DNA from: a virus
Lineage: Duplodnaviria > Heunggongvirae > Uroviricota > Caudoviricetes
IMG/VR virus record: IMGVR_UViG_3300001765_000297
Length of the DNA: 27,901 nt
Strand: one strand, 5' to 3'
Below the pieces are notes generated by a model that searched no databases, was not told the DNA's origin, and saw only the letters and a program-made list of their open reading frames with translations. Positions 6,289 through 15,970 of the stretch are shown one piece after another. The position numbers and the translations under genes were made by a program. Numbering within the stretch: the stretch's first letter is position 1; each line of letters starts with the position of its first letter.

Positions 6289-6741
6289 ATGGTAATAACA
6301 GGGACTACAGGTGGTGGTAACACACCAATAAATAAGGAAAAGATTAATTGGAATAGCACACTTCATGAACGTAAAATGGTGTTTAGAATTCCTATTGTAG
6401 ATATTCCCAAAGACCAAATCGAAGAATATGTTCGTGAGATTGCTAAAAAATTTAAAAAAAATACATTTACTATTATGGAAAGACAGGAAATTTATAGGTT
6501 AATTGATGGTGAGAGAGACTATCAAGACGATACGTGGGTAAAACGTAGAACAGTAGAGGGAACTCCGGATTCTGAAAAATCAATTGCAGAATGGTTAATA
6601 TATATGGAGCGTCATTTAGAATTAGCAAAGCATAACATATATAATCTTAATACCGAAGCTGCATTGGCTGATATACGTAAGATTACTGCGTTGGGTGTAC
6701 GTGCTATGGAAATTCATGGTGCTCCGGAAAGACAGAAATAA
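6289..6741 (+). CDS. Hypothetical protein; C-terminal part possibly MazG-like all-alpha NTP pyrophosphatase fold; likely internal start at 6475
   Basis: ERDYQD..W...SIAEWLIYMERHL...ALADIRKITALGVRAMEIHG helical pattern; ACTATTATG at 6469-6477 looks like a genuine start. Confidence 0.6.
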   Translation: MVITGTTGGGNTPINKEKINWNSTLHERKMVFRIPIVDIPKDQIEEYVREIAKKFKKNTFTIMERQEIYRLIDGERDYQDDTWVKRRTVEGTPDSEKSIAEWLIYMERHLELAKHNIYNLNTEAALADIRKITALGVRAMEIHGAPERQK

Positions 6742-6748
6742 ATTCACT

Positions 6749-7105
6749 GTGGATAATATAGATTTAAATAATACCTATTGGGATAGACTTAATGGGTATG
6801 TTACCGAACTTCGTGTAGATGCACGTTGGGTACTCAGAAATAAAGACAATGACAAACCATATGGTTCATTGAGAATAGTTTCACATCCGGACCTGAAACC
6901 CGGCTATCTTCGTGCGTATTTCACGTATGTGACTTCAATTAAGAAAAAAACTAAAGAAGAAAAATTAAAAGCCATCGAAGATTATCAAATGGAATTAGTT
7001 GAATTGGAAGTTTATTCGATTAATGAAGATGTGAAGACCGAACAGGATAAATATGAAGAACCATTCAAAGAACTAGAAGAAATGTTTGGTGTTAAAATTT
7101 TTTAA
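6749..7105 (+). CDS. Hypothetical protein (GTG start)
   Basis: GTG 6749 is in frame with track ORF 6695-7105 and avoids overlap with the upstream gene. Confidence 0.7.
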   Translation: MDNIDLNNTYWDRLNGYVTELRVDARWVLRNKDNDKPYGSLRIVSHPDLKPGYLRAYFTYVTSIKKKTKEEKLKAIEDYQMELVELEVYSINEDVKTEQDKYEEPFKELEEMFGVKIF

Positions 7106-7126
7106 TATAAAATAAAAACGAAAAAA

Positions 7127-7696
7127 ATGGTAATAGGAATTAGCGGTAAAATTGGAAGTGGAAAAGACGCATTTGCCGAACTTTTCATCAAACATGTTGC
7201 CGATGAATACGGACATCAATTTGAAAATAAAAAATTTGCATATAATCTTAAGAAGATTGTTAGTGTCTTAACTGGTGCAAGTATGAAAGATGTATTGTCA
7301 CGAGAAGGAAAACTAAAATATCTTCCGGAATGGGGAATGACAATTGGTGAAATGCAACAGAAAGTTGGTACAGAAGCAATTAGAAACAACATTCATAATG
7401 ACGCTTGGGTGCTCTCATTATTCGGTACATATGAAGAAAACCAAGATTTTTGGATTGTAACTGATGTTAGGTTTAAAAATGAAGCGGAAATCATAAAGAA
7501 AAAAGGTGGGATTGTAATCAGATTAAATGGCGACCCTTTAAATAGTAAATCTGGTGATAATCGAAACATGGAACATCAATCTGAAATTGATTTAGATGAT
7601 TATGCCGATTTTGATTACGTGTATGATAATATTCCACCAATATCAAATCTTGAGAATTTTGTTATGGAAATTTCAAAAAAATTATTCATATGCTAA
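7127..7696 (+). CDS. Deoxynucleoside monophosphate kinase (phage dNMP kinase family)
   Basis: P-loop GISGKIGSGKD, FAYNLK, MQQKVGTEAIR, IVTDVRFKNE. Confidence 0.85.
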   Translation: MVIGISGKIGSGKDAFAELFIKHVADEYGHQFENKKFAYNLKKIVSVLTGASMKDVLSREGKLKYLPEWGMTIGEMQQKVGTEAIRNNIHNDAWVLSLFGTYEENQDFWIVTDVRFKNEAEIIKKKGGIVIRLNGDPLNSKSGDNRNMEHQSEIDLDDYADFDYVYDNIPPISNLENFVMEISKKLFIC

Positions 7697-8199
7697 CACA
7701 AAAGATTGGATTGGATATTGATGGAGTACTTGCTGATTTTACTGGTGCATGGCATGACTTATATCCAGAAATCAGTGCAACGCCAAGTTCATGGTATCTC
7801 GACCCAAAAATTGGTGAAAGATTTGCTGCAATGCGTGAATCAAATACGTTAGATGATTTTTATTTGGGTATAAAACCATTAATATCACCACAAGACATAC
7901 CGTTTGAACCTCATTGTTACATAACATCAAGACCTGTTTCACGTGAAATTAGTGAACAATGGTTGAGAAAAAATGGATTTCCTGAAAAACAAGTAATTAG
8001 TTTAGGTATTCGTGCGAGTAAGGTTGATGCAGCTAAAGAAGCTGGTGTGGAGATATTTGTCGATGACTTTTATGAAAATTTCACTGATTTGAATAGTGCC
8101 GGAATTTATACATACTTATATACGGCAAGTTGGAACATCAGCTATGATGTCGGGCGTATGAGACTTAATTCCCTGAAAGAGATAGTATTGTCAAAATAA
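7690..8199 (+). CDS. HAD-superfamily 5'(3')-deoxyribonucleotidase-like protein
   Basis: HAD motif I GLDIDGVLADF, ITSR motif II, K and FVDD motifs III/IV. Confidence 0.8.
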   Translation: MLTQKIGLDIDGVLADFTGAWHDLYPEISATPSSWYLDPKIGERFAAMRESNTLDDFYLGIKPLISPQDIPFEPHCYITSRPVSREISEQWLRKNGFPEKQVISLGIRASKVDAAKEAGVEIFVDDFYENFTDLNSAGIYTYLYTASWNISYDVGRMRLNSLKEIVLSK

Positions 8200-8298
8200 A
8201 ATAATGGCTTAATTTTTGCGATTTAATTTGAACTTCCCAATATTTTCAGTATTTATATATGGGGGAATAAATCATTTTAAACTTAACAATTACAGGTC

Positions 8299-8955
8299 AT
8301 GGGAAATATCATTAATGATATAGTGGAGGATATTGACGTAAAGCCAGGAAAATCTAAACTCGTTGTGAAATGGGTGGTTAGAATTTCGGTGGGGTTAATA
8401 GGTGTTGCATTTATTATCGGTCAAATTAAGATTTCGCATCTTAATCGACTTGGTGATATCGAAAAAAGTCTTAATAATAATACCGAAGCAATTCAAGGTA
8501 TAAAAGAAGATATGAATACTAGATTCGATAATGTCGATACTAGAATTGATAACATTTATACAGATGGATTCAACGCATTTGAGGAATATCAAGTTTACAA
8601 TAAAAAACAATTAGAATTAATTATTGATTATGGTCAATCTAATAAAGACTTATTGAAAAAAATGTTGGATGTTAATATAATTGAGAAAAATAAGAACGTT
8701 GAAAACAATCTCGAAAATGCGAGAAGTGAAAGTAGAAAAAAAGACCCAGTATTTGTCAATAAAAATTATGTTAGTGTTATTAAAACCGTTAGTCTTAATA
8801 ATATCGATACCACATTTCGTGTTACAGCTGCAAATGGGGAATATGTGCAAAGTATAAATAAGAATAGAGATAAGTACGATATCATTGGCGAAATAAAAAA
8901 TAATACTAATTTTCCAGAATTATTTGATTTTACATATAGAACAAAAAATAAATAA
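8299..8955 (+). CDS. Membrane-anchored coiled-coil hypothetical protein
   Basis: Hydrophobic VVKWVVRISVGLIGVAFIIG followed by a heptad-like region; TATTTATA at 8250-8257. Confidence 0.75.
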   Translation: MGNIINDIVEDIDVKPGKSKLVVKWVVRISVGLIGVAFIIGQIKISHLNRLGDIEKSLNNNTEAIQGIKEDMNTRFDNVDTRIDNIYTDGFNAFEEYQVYNKKQLELIIDYGQSNKDLLKKMLDVNIIEKNKNVENNLENARSESRKKDPVFVNKNYVSVIKTVSLNNIDTTFRVTAANGEYVQSINKNRDKYDIIGEIKNNTNFPELFDFTYRTKNK

Positions 8956-8956
8956 A

Positions 8957-9268
8957 ATGCCAGCATATCCCACAACATATAGCAAAAATGAATTTATTCA
9001 TTATTTGAATAAAAATAATGTGAGTGATAGTGTTATTGATAATTTCCAAAAATTGCCGGAAACCCTAACAACAAAAAATTCGACATATAAATTGAATATT
9101 GTATCAACATGGTATAATGTTAATAGTACGTATTATAATTTTGAAATGAATTATTATTCTGAAGAACTTATTGAATATCTTTTTAGTTCTAAAGTATTTA
9201 CAGATGTAGAAAAAAGTATTAATTACTTGTATTGTGAATTAATTAATACTAAATTTGTATCAAAATAA
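8957..9268 (+). CDS. Hypothetical protein
   Basis: ATG 8957 directly after the upstream stop, in frame with the track ORF. Confidence 0.75.
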   Translation: MPAYPTTYSKNEFIHYLNKNNVSDSVIDNFQKLPETLTTKNSTYKLNIVSTWYNVNSTYYNFEMNYYSEELIEYLFSSKVFTDVEKSINYLYCELINTKFVSK

Positions 9269-9272
9269 TTAT

Positions 9273-9935
9273 ATGAAACTTTGTATTATATCTGATTCAC
9301 ACAATAAGCACAAGCATTTGGGTAAATTACCGGAAGCCGATGTTATTATTCATTGTGGTGATATGACCTCCATTGGTAAGGAACACGAAATACGTGAATT
9401 CCTGAAATGGTACTCTAAACTTGACCAATATAAATATAAGATTTTTATTGCGGGTAATCATGACTGGTTATTTGATACTAGTGGTGTTTTTGCAAGAAGT
9501 TTAGTTCCAAAGAATGTGATTTATCTACAAGACAACGGTGTTGAGATTGAAGGTATTAAATTCTACGGTACACCAGTTCAATTAGTATTTAATAATTGGG
9601 CATTTAATAAACCTGAAGAAAGACTAATAGACTATTGGGAAGCAATTCCTGATGATACTGATGTACTTATCACGCATCAACCACCATACAGCATAATGGA
9701 TTGGAGTGTTTATGATAAAAAAGCAACTGGTTCACCAAGCTTATATAAGGAAGTTCTGGAAAGAATTAAACCAAAAGTACATTGCTTTGGACATATACAT
9801 AGTGGTCATGGTGTTAAGGTGATTGAGGATACCACATTCATTAACGCAAGTAATCTCGATGAAGACTATATGTGCGTCTATAATCCAGTTCTTGTTGAAT
9901 TGATTGATGGTCACGTTACTGTAATTAATCAATAA
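9273..9935 (+). CDS. Calcineurin-like metallophosphoesterase
   Basis: ISDSH, HCGD, AGNHD, ITHQPP, FGHIH motifs in canonical order. Confidence 0.9.
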   Translation: MKLCIISDSHNKHKHLGKLPEADVIIHCGDMTSIGKEHEIREFLKWYSKLDQYKYKIFIAGNHDWLFDTSGVFARSLVPKNVIYLQDNGVEIEGIKFYGTPVQLVFNNWAFNKPEERLIDYWEAIPDDTDVLITHQPPYSIMDWSVYDKKATGSPSLYKEVLERIKPKVHCFGHIHSGHGVKVIEDTTFINASNLDEDYMCVYNPVLVELIDGHVTVINQ

Positions 9936-9943
9936 TTGATATA

Positions 9944-9966
9944 AGCCAGAGCAATCTGGCTTTTTT
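9944..9966 (+). terminator. Intrinsic terminator
   Basis: AGCCAGA-GCAA-TCTGGCT followed by a T run, just after stop 9935. Confidence 0.8.
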
Positions 9967-10000
9967 ATACATAATTGACTATTTATGTGAAAGTATTTTC

Positions 10001-10861
10001 ATGAAGTCAGTATATAAAATCATTAATGAAGAATTACGTAAGTTTCTCAAAGAATATGATGACGATGGTTACGAATATTCTGAAAGAGAAGATGAAGTAA
10101 AACGATGGATATTCTCGGATTTCTTAAATAAGAACACACCTGATTTTACAAAAAGCATTCCTTGGAGATTGGTTTCATTCCCAAGACTTAAGAAAATTTG
10201 GGAAGATTTTATCAGAACTGGTGTTGTTAGAGATACAAATGGTCTTCAGATGATTGAAGATATTATGATTAGTAATGCGTTAAAATTAGACGTACTAACA
10301 ACTGCTGCAGGTCATACACAATGGGGTGCTGACGAACTATACGAAGAACATATTTTGTATTGGGTTGACGAACAAGTTAATTGTGTGTTTGACGAATATT
10401 TCGATAAAGACCAATTAGAAATTCCATACGACAATCCACAATCGGGATATAAACAAAAGGAAAATACTTCTGAATGTAATACAACAATTCATCCTTTTGT
10501 ACAACAACTCTATGATAAAATTGAAGCTGACAAAAATGAATTTCGAAATATATTGTTTGAAGAAATGAAAGGTAAGTTCATGGACTATTACATGGAAGAC
10601 CCCAAAATTGGTCAGGCATATATTAGTGACTATGGTTTAAAACCATTAGTTACACTCGCCTACGAATTATCAAGAACAACTGAACCTGAGAAAAAAGTAC
10701 CTGTCATTGATAAAATGCTTAATGTTGTACATCAACGTAGTGATATGGCTGGTTGGTTCGTTCAAGGTGGTTCACGTGCACTCAGTCAACTAAGTGGTTA
10801 TGGTGATGATGAAGGCGAAAGCGTGATTTCTGGTAAGTATAGTATGTCTGATTATCGATAA
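10001..10861 (+). CDS. Hypothetical phage protein
   Basis: 286 aa; N-terminal KIINEELRKFLKE; TATTTATG at 9980-9987. Confidence 0.85.
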   Translation: MKSVYKIINEELRKFLKEYDDDGYEYSEREDEVKRWIFSDFLNKNTPDFTKSIPWRLVSFPRLKKIWEDFIRTGVVRDTNGLQMIEDIMISNALKLDVLTTAAGHTQWGADELYEEHILYWVDEQVNCVFDEYFDKDQLEIPYDNPQSGYKQKENTSECNTTIHPFVQQLYDKIEADKNEFRNILFEEMKGKFMDYYMEDPKIGQAYISDYGLKPLVTLAYELSRTTEPEKKVPVIDKMLNVVHQRSDMAGWFVQGGSRALSQLSGYGDDEGESVISGKYSMSDYR

Positions 10862-10940
10862 TATTTTCCACCAGCATAGACTTTTCAAATAATATTTTCT
10901 ATTTATTGTAAAATTATTTTACCTTAAATATATTATAGAT

Positions 10941-11279
10941 ATGAATATCAACGAATTATTCGAAAAATTACAAGACAATTTCCTTCCGGAAGAAATTAAT
11001 GGCGAATATACATTACATGGCAATTGTATTATATGGACATATAAACTTGATGATGTTGCCGAAGAAATACCAAACTATCCCCATCATGATGACGAGGATA
11101 ATGACGAGGATTATCAATTTAGTTTTGAGTCGTTAAGTACGGAAGAATTACTACAGGAAGCGTATGATTCGGATTTTCAGAAACTTGAAACATATCTCGA
11201 CAGTATTGATGAGGGTGAAAAATGGACATTTTCAGATACCGATACGATTGACAATACAATTTCCTTTAAATTATTCTAA
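10941..11279 (+). CDS. Highly acidic small protein (paralogue of 18984-19322)
   Basis: About 30 of 112 residues are D/E; shares ELF.xL...NG...L....I.W.YK pattern with 18984-19322. Confidence 0.8.
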   Translation: MNINELFEKLQDNFLPEEINGEYTLHGNCIIWTYKLDDVAEEIPNYPHHDDEDNDEDYQFSFESLSTEELLQEAYDSDFQKLETYLDSIDEGEKWTFSDTDTIDNTISFKLF

Positions 11280-11283
11280 TTTT

Positions 11284-11315
11284 TTGTAACTATTTCCCAA
11301 TAGTTTACGTATATT
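11284..11315 (+). promoter_or_regulatory. Variant phage promoter TTGTAAC-N17-CGTATATT
   Basis: Variant of the 5-copy motif, upstream of ATG 11332. Confidence 0.55.
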
Positions 11316-11331
11316 TACAAAAAACTATATT

Positions 11332-12354
11332 ATGGGAGGAAAGGCATTAAATAGGTTCGGTGTATTTACCGAAAGAAAGAGCACTGACGAATTCCTAAGA
11401 ATTGGTGAGGAAATACAAGATTCTTTACATCTTTATTTATTAAATCAATATGGAATACAAGTTGAAACTTGTGTTGTCACTTGCTATCGCACTAAACCAG
11501 ACCACGGTGATTTGGATTTATTGGTAAAAGTAACTCCCGAAATGAATATTGACTTTAGAAAGGAAATCGGTCTCTTTTTCCTTCCACAGGCAATTAATTC
11601 AAATGGTGGTGTTCATTCATTTGACTATCAGGGATTCCAAATTGATTTCATCCCAGTTCCAGAAGCTAAATGGGAAACTGCAAAGACTTATTACTCATAT
11701 GACCCGCTTGGTAATATCATGGGTAAGACCTTTCACAAGTTTGGTCTATCATATGGCTGGGAAGGTCTGTTCTATAAGTTCAGAAATTCTCATGGAAGTA
11801 ACACTCGTGATATTTTACTTACCAATGACGCAAGAAAAATCTTTGCATTTGGAGGGTATGATTACGACAGATATCTAAAGGGTTTTGATACCTTGGAAGA
11901 AATCTTTAATTTCTGTATTGATAGCAAGTACTTTGATGCAGAAATGTTTCAAATGGAAAATCTTAAAAGTATTGATAAGAAAAGGAATCGTAAGAGAGGT
12001 TCATACCATTTGTTTCTAAACTATCTAAAGGACAATAACATCAATACCAAGTATCCTTTTGAGAAAGAGAAAGTCACCTATCTTCCAATGATTGCAGAAT
12101 ACTTTATTGAATCTGGACTTAGAATACAATTAGCTAAACTGCAGGAAGAAGATAGAATTAACAATGTCATTTCCCAAAAATTTAATGGTGATATGATAAT
12201 GGGATGGCTTCCTAATCTTCAAGGTAGGGAATTGGGAATGGCAATAGGTAAATTCAAAGAATCTTTTGATAGTGAAGAAGATTACAGAGAATTTATTCTG
12301 AATTCAACATACGATGTTATCTACAAATCATTTATAGAAATTTATAATGGATGA
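11332..12354 (+). CDS. Pol beta-superfamily nucleotidyltransferase-like protein
   Basis: HGDLDLLV (GDxD) motif, later FQIDFI third-Asp strand; C-terminal KFNGDMIM...LQGRELG tail reminiscent of CCA/poly(A) polymerase tails. Confidence 0.7.
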   Translation: MGGKALNRFGVFTERKSTDEFLRIGEEIQDSLHLYLLNQYGIQVETCVVTCYRTKPDHGDLDLLVKVTPEMNIDFRKEIGLFFLPQAINSNGGVHSFDYQGFQIDFIPVPEAKWETAKTYYSYDPLGNIMGKTFHKFGLSYGWEGLFYKFRNSHGSNTRDILLTNDARKIFAFGGYDYDRYLKGFDTLEEIFNFCIDSKYFDAEMFQMENLKSIDKKRNRKRGSYHLFLNYLKDNNINTKYPFEKEKVTYLPMIAEYFIESGLRIQLAKLQEEDRINNVISQKFNGDMIMGWLPNLQGRELGMAIGKFKESFDSEEDYREFILNSTYDVIYKSFIEIYNG

Positions 12355-13238
12355 AATTAGTAAAAATAGGGTTCACAATAATATATTAAAAGTTGGAAGT
12401 AAAAATCTGAACACCGAAAATTGGAAGGTTTATCATCCAAGTGGAAGACATATGTTTACTTGTGGAGAGAAAAAAGCAAATTGGTATCTCGATAGAAATC
12501 TAGCCAAATTAATTGGAAAGAAAAAAATCACATTGACTTTCAGTCCGAAGGGCAATGGATTTGAAGACAACGAAGAATTTGGTCGGAGTATCAGAGAAGC
12601 ACGATGCGTTGTAAGTGGAATAGAAGATGGTCTGCAAAGGCATCATATTGTACCCTATTGCTATAGAACCTATTTTCCGGAAAGATTTAAATCTAAAAAT
12701 CATCATGATGTTGTTCTAATCAACTTTGAAAGACACTCAGAATACGAGCAGTTCGCTAATTCATTTAAGGACGAAATTGCTCGTATTTTTAATGTTAAAA
12801 CAATCGCAGAATTTAATTACGAATTCATTGCGAGATTTTGGTAAATCAAATGCGATAATTCTGAATTCCATTCATTCTTTATTTAAGACGTATGGTAAAA
12901 TAAGTCACAAAGCACAATTAGAAAAAATACGCATTATTTCTGAGGGCACTGGAATACCTTATGATGTGGTTTGTAAATATAATTATATTCAGTTATATAA
13001 ATTATTTGTATTGCTGAAAGTCGTGCATGAAAAAGAAGTCTACGAATTCAAACGAATTAATCGCCATGAGTTTGACCACGGTTATCATGTAGTAAAGCAG
13101 CTTGATACGGATGAAAAAATTGAGGCATTTGTAAAACTATGGAGAAATCATTTTATTGATACAATGCAACCACAATTTATGCCTAATGGTTGGTCAATTG
13201 ATTTCCGGACAAAAACTAAAATAATGCCTTGCAATTAA
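12347..13238 (+). pseudogene. HNH-like protein (similar to the EXD2 C-terminal domain) split by a +1 frameshift near 12812-12825
   Basis: Frame A (12347-12844) has MFTC..KKANWYL, CVVSG, RHHIVPYCYR.YFP..FKSKNHHDVVL. Frame B (to 13238) has no good start and continues NSLRDFGK...FVKLWRNHFIDTMQPQFMPNGWSID. Confidence 0.7.
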
Positions 13239-13269
13239 ATAAAAAAATAATTAATATTGTGATTTAAAT

Positions 13270-14349
13270 ATGGAAAATCTTAAATACGATTTTGATGATG
13301 TGCTAATTATTCCTAAGAAGTATACGCATGTTAATAGCAGATATAAAGACATTAGTCTTGACTTTATGTTGCCATTATTCACTGCACCAATGGATACTGT
13401 TGTAAATTATGATAATAAGGATGTATTTCTTACAAATAGAATTAATGTTGCATTGCCACGAACTGTGACCTATGGCGACTTTCTTGCAAAGGAAATTTTA
13501 TCTAATAAAACTACGGATGATGGCGTTTTTATTAGCTTAGGATTTCAAGACATGGACTATCATTATAAAAATGATTTCAAAGATTTTCATAGGAACGCAC
13601 ATATTCTCATTGACGTTGCTAATGGACACATGCAGAAGGTCATGGTCTATGCAAAGGAATTGAAACGCTTAAGACCCGATATTAAAATTATGGTTGGTAA
13701 TATTGCCAATCCAGAAACGTATAGCTGGTATGCTGATGCTAAATGTGTTGACTATATCAGGGTTGGTATTGGCAATGGTGGTGGATGCCTGACAACAAAA
13801 CAATCTGGTGTTGGATATCCAATGGCATCATTAATTCATGAGGTACGTCAGGAAAAAATATTGTATGTGTATGACCATAGTAATGATGCAGATTTCATAT
13901 TCCCGCCAGCAATCGTTGCTGATGGTGGAATGAAAGACTATTCTGATATAATAAAAGCACTCGCACTTGGTGCAGATTATGTGATGATTGGTTCGATATT
14001 CAATAAAGCATTAGAAAGTGCCGGGGATAGTTATTTGTGGGGTATGAAAATTGAAAACAGAGAATCTGCAAAATATTTCTTTGATAGAGGGTTACCAGTT
14101 ATGAAACATTTTAGAGGTATGAGCACCAAAGCTGCACAAAAAGCTATGGGAAAGACTGATTTTAAGACATCTGAGGGAGTTGTACGTTATAGAAGGGTAG
14201 AATATCACCTTCAGGGTTGGGTTAAAAATTTCGAACATTACTTGCGAAATGCAATGAGCTATTCTAACGCAAAAACATTACCTGAATTTATTGGCAAAGC
14301 AGATATTTGCCAAATTACCACAAGAGCACATGACAGATTTAACAAATAA
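13270..14349 (+). CDS. IMPDH/GMP reductase family protein (no CBS domains; GMP reductase plausible)
   Basis: FDDVLIIP, TAPMDTV, IDVANGH, GNIA, RVGIGNGGGCLT (catalytic Cys), VADGG, ALALGADYVMIG, FRGMS. Confidence 0.9.
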   Translation: MENLKYDFDDVLIIPKKYTHVNSRYKDISLDFMLPLFTAPMDTVVNYDNKDVFLTNRINVALPRTVTYGDFLAKEILSNKTTDDGVFISLGFQDMDYHYKNDFKDFHRNAHILIDVANGHMQKVMVYAKELKRLRPDIKIMVGNIANPETYSWYADAKCVDYIRVGIGNGGGCLTTKQSGVGYPMASLIHEVRQEKILYVYDHSNDADFIFPPAIVADGGMKDYSDIIKALALGADYVMIGSIFNKALESAGDSYLWGMKIENRESAKYFFDRGLPVMKHFRGMSTKAAQKAMGKTDFKTSEGVVRYRRVEYHLQGWVKNFEHYLRNAMSYSNAKTLPEFIGKADICQITTRAHDRFNK

Positions 14350-14707
14350 AATTCAAAGCATACCATTAGTTGAATTACAGAACCTATATAATAAATATTC
14401 TCAGGTTCTAGAGAATATTAAACCGGAATCGCAGCTTCCATATATGGCGATTATAATTGATGTGGCAATTAAATATATTAATGAAAACCACGCAACTATA
14501 CCCAAAGATTGGAAAGCCTGGACAGTCCTAGTATTAAAGCATAAGTATTTTCAAAATAAAATAAATTCAGAAACCGACATTACTAAGTCGATAGATGAAT
14601 TTATTAAATATTATAATGAAAATTACATAGAATACATTTCACGAATGATAAGCGTAACTGAATTTGATAGAGATTATGGCTTTGTTGTAGAATATTTAAA
14701 TACTTAA
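14330..14707 (+). CDS. Hypothetical protein
   Basis: ATG 14330 in frame with the track ORF, minimising overlap. Confidence 0.65.
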   Translation: MTDLTNKIQSIPLVELQNLYNKYSQVLENIKPESQLPYMAIIIDVAIKYINENHATIPKDWKAWTVLVLKHKYFQNKINSETDITKSIDEFIKYYNENYIEYISRMISVTEFDRDYGFVVEYLNT

Positions 14708-14785
14708 GGTCTCTAACCAATTTAATAATCAAACCCTTGTATTTAATATTAAAATAATAACATTTACTATTTAAATAAATTAACT

Positions 14786-14995
14786 ATGGAAAAAATAATA
14801 AGATATAAAAGATTTGTAGAAACCCACGATGAAAGCACAATTCAGGATTTTTACGATAAACTCGTTACTGAAGGTTGGGAAATAATATATTATAATGAAA
14901 TCAGACAAGCATCCGGCACATTAACTAATTCACCACAAGAAGTTAGAATTCATATTGTTGCCCTATGTGCAAAAAAACAAAGTGGTACATTATGA
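14786..14995 (+). CDS. Small DUF4177-like protein (paralogue of 2469-2642)
   Basis: KLVTEGWEIIYYNE matches RLGKEGWEVIYYNE. Confidence 0.7.
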   Translation: MEKIIRYKRFVETHDESTIQDFYDKLVTEGWEIIYYNEIRQASGTLTNSPQEVRIHIVALCAKKQSGTL

Positions 14996-15165
14996 GCAAA
15001 GATAGTGGATATCTTGTAGAAACCAAAACTGGTAAACAGGGCAGAACATATCATCGTGAAAATCTAATTAATAAAAAATTAGTGGTCCATGTCGAAATTA
15101 ACGGTAAAGACATGAAAATGCTTTGCGACCCAGATACCGTAAAAATAATTGGATATAAAGATTAA
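14992..15165 (+). CDS. Small hypothetical protein
   Basis: ATGA overlap start at 14992; 57 aa. Confidence 0.7.
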   Translation: MSKDSGYLVETKTGKQGRTYHRENLINKKLVVHVEINGKDMKMLCDPDTVKIIGYKD

Positions 15166-15171
15166 ATTATT

Positions 15172-15534
15172 ATGCTAGAATTAAATCATACGTACTTAAT
15201 AAGGTTCGGTGGTGGAGACACACTGAATTCGGTAACGGTATTGCTAATAACCGATAAAGCATATCATTTTCGTTGGAATCACGGATTGGAAAGTACTGAT
15301 AGTTGGGAACTCAAAACGAAAATAGATAGGTACTATACAATTGTCGAAGACATCAGCGACTTTATGGTTGAAACTAAAATCGAAAACATTCTGCAGGTTA
15401 AAACTAAATTAGTTCAATGTCATGTTTGTAAAGGTTTTGGAACTATCCCTGATAATAATTCAACCGGTGGTTCTAAAAGCTGCCCGCTTTGTTATGGCAG
15501 TAAAATGATTCCGGAAGTAACCGAAATTTCATAA
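15172..15534 (+). CDS. Hypothetical protein with C-terminal DnaJ-type Zn-finger repeat
   Basis: CHVCKGFG...CPLCYGS (CxxCxGxG x2). Confidence 0.75.
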   Translation: MLELNHTYLIRFGGGDTLNSVTVLLITDKAYHFRWNHGLESTDSWELKTKIDRYYTIVEDISDFMVETKIENILQVKTKLVQCHVCKGFGTIPDNNSTGGSKSCPLCYGSKMIPEVTEIS

Positions 15535-15564
15535 AAAGTTTTGTATTTATATAAAAATATTAAT

Positions 15565-15894
15565 ATGAATAACATAAACAATATCGTTGATAGCGTTATT
15601 AAAGAATTTATTGAAGACGAAAATCAACCAATTATCGAAATTACGCCAAGCGAACAAGACGAACGTTCAGGTATGAAACGTGAACAAACATATGATGTTA
15701 ACTATCAGAAAAATATTAATGGTGAAATAATTGAAATTGAAGGCATATTGAAACCATATCATACAGGGAGAAGTGTTGAATATGGGTTTGAACCAGGATA
15801 TTTTAGCGATAGTAATAATGAAAATTATTGGGATTCAAATTGGGAAACTATAGAAGAGGAAATTAGAGATAAATTCTACAGTCAAAAGTATTAA
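15565..15894 (+). CDS. Acidic hypothetical phage protein
   Basis: ATG 15565 after TATTTATA (15544-15551); N-terminal NIVDSVIKEFIED. Confidence 0.75.
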   Translation: MNNINNIVDSVIKEFIEDENQPIIEITPSEQDERSGMKREQTYDVNYQKNINGEIIEIEGILKPYHTGRSVEYGFEPGYFSDSNNENYWDSNWETIEEEIRDKFYSQKY

Positions 15895-15970
15895 TTTAAC
15901 TTATATAAAAAAGATTAGCATTTTCATGTGATTGACTAATATCTAGTATTTATAGTAAAGGAAAATCTAT

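Noticed and set aside
6370-6460. Portal protein gene
   Set aside because: Only a ~27-aa loose resemblance within a 150-aa ORF; far too short for a portal.
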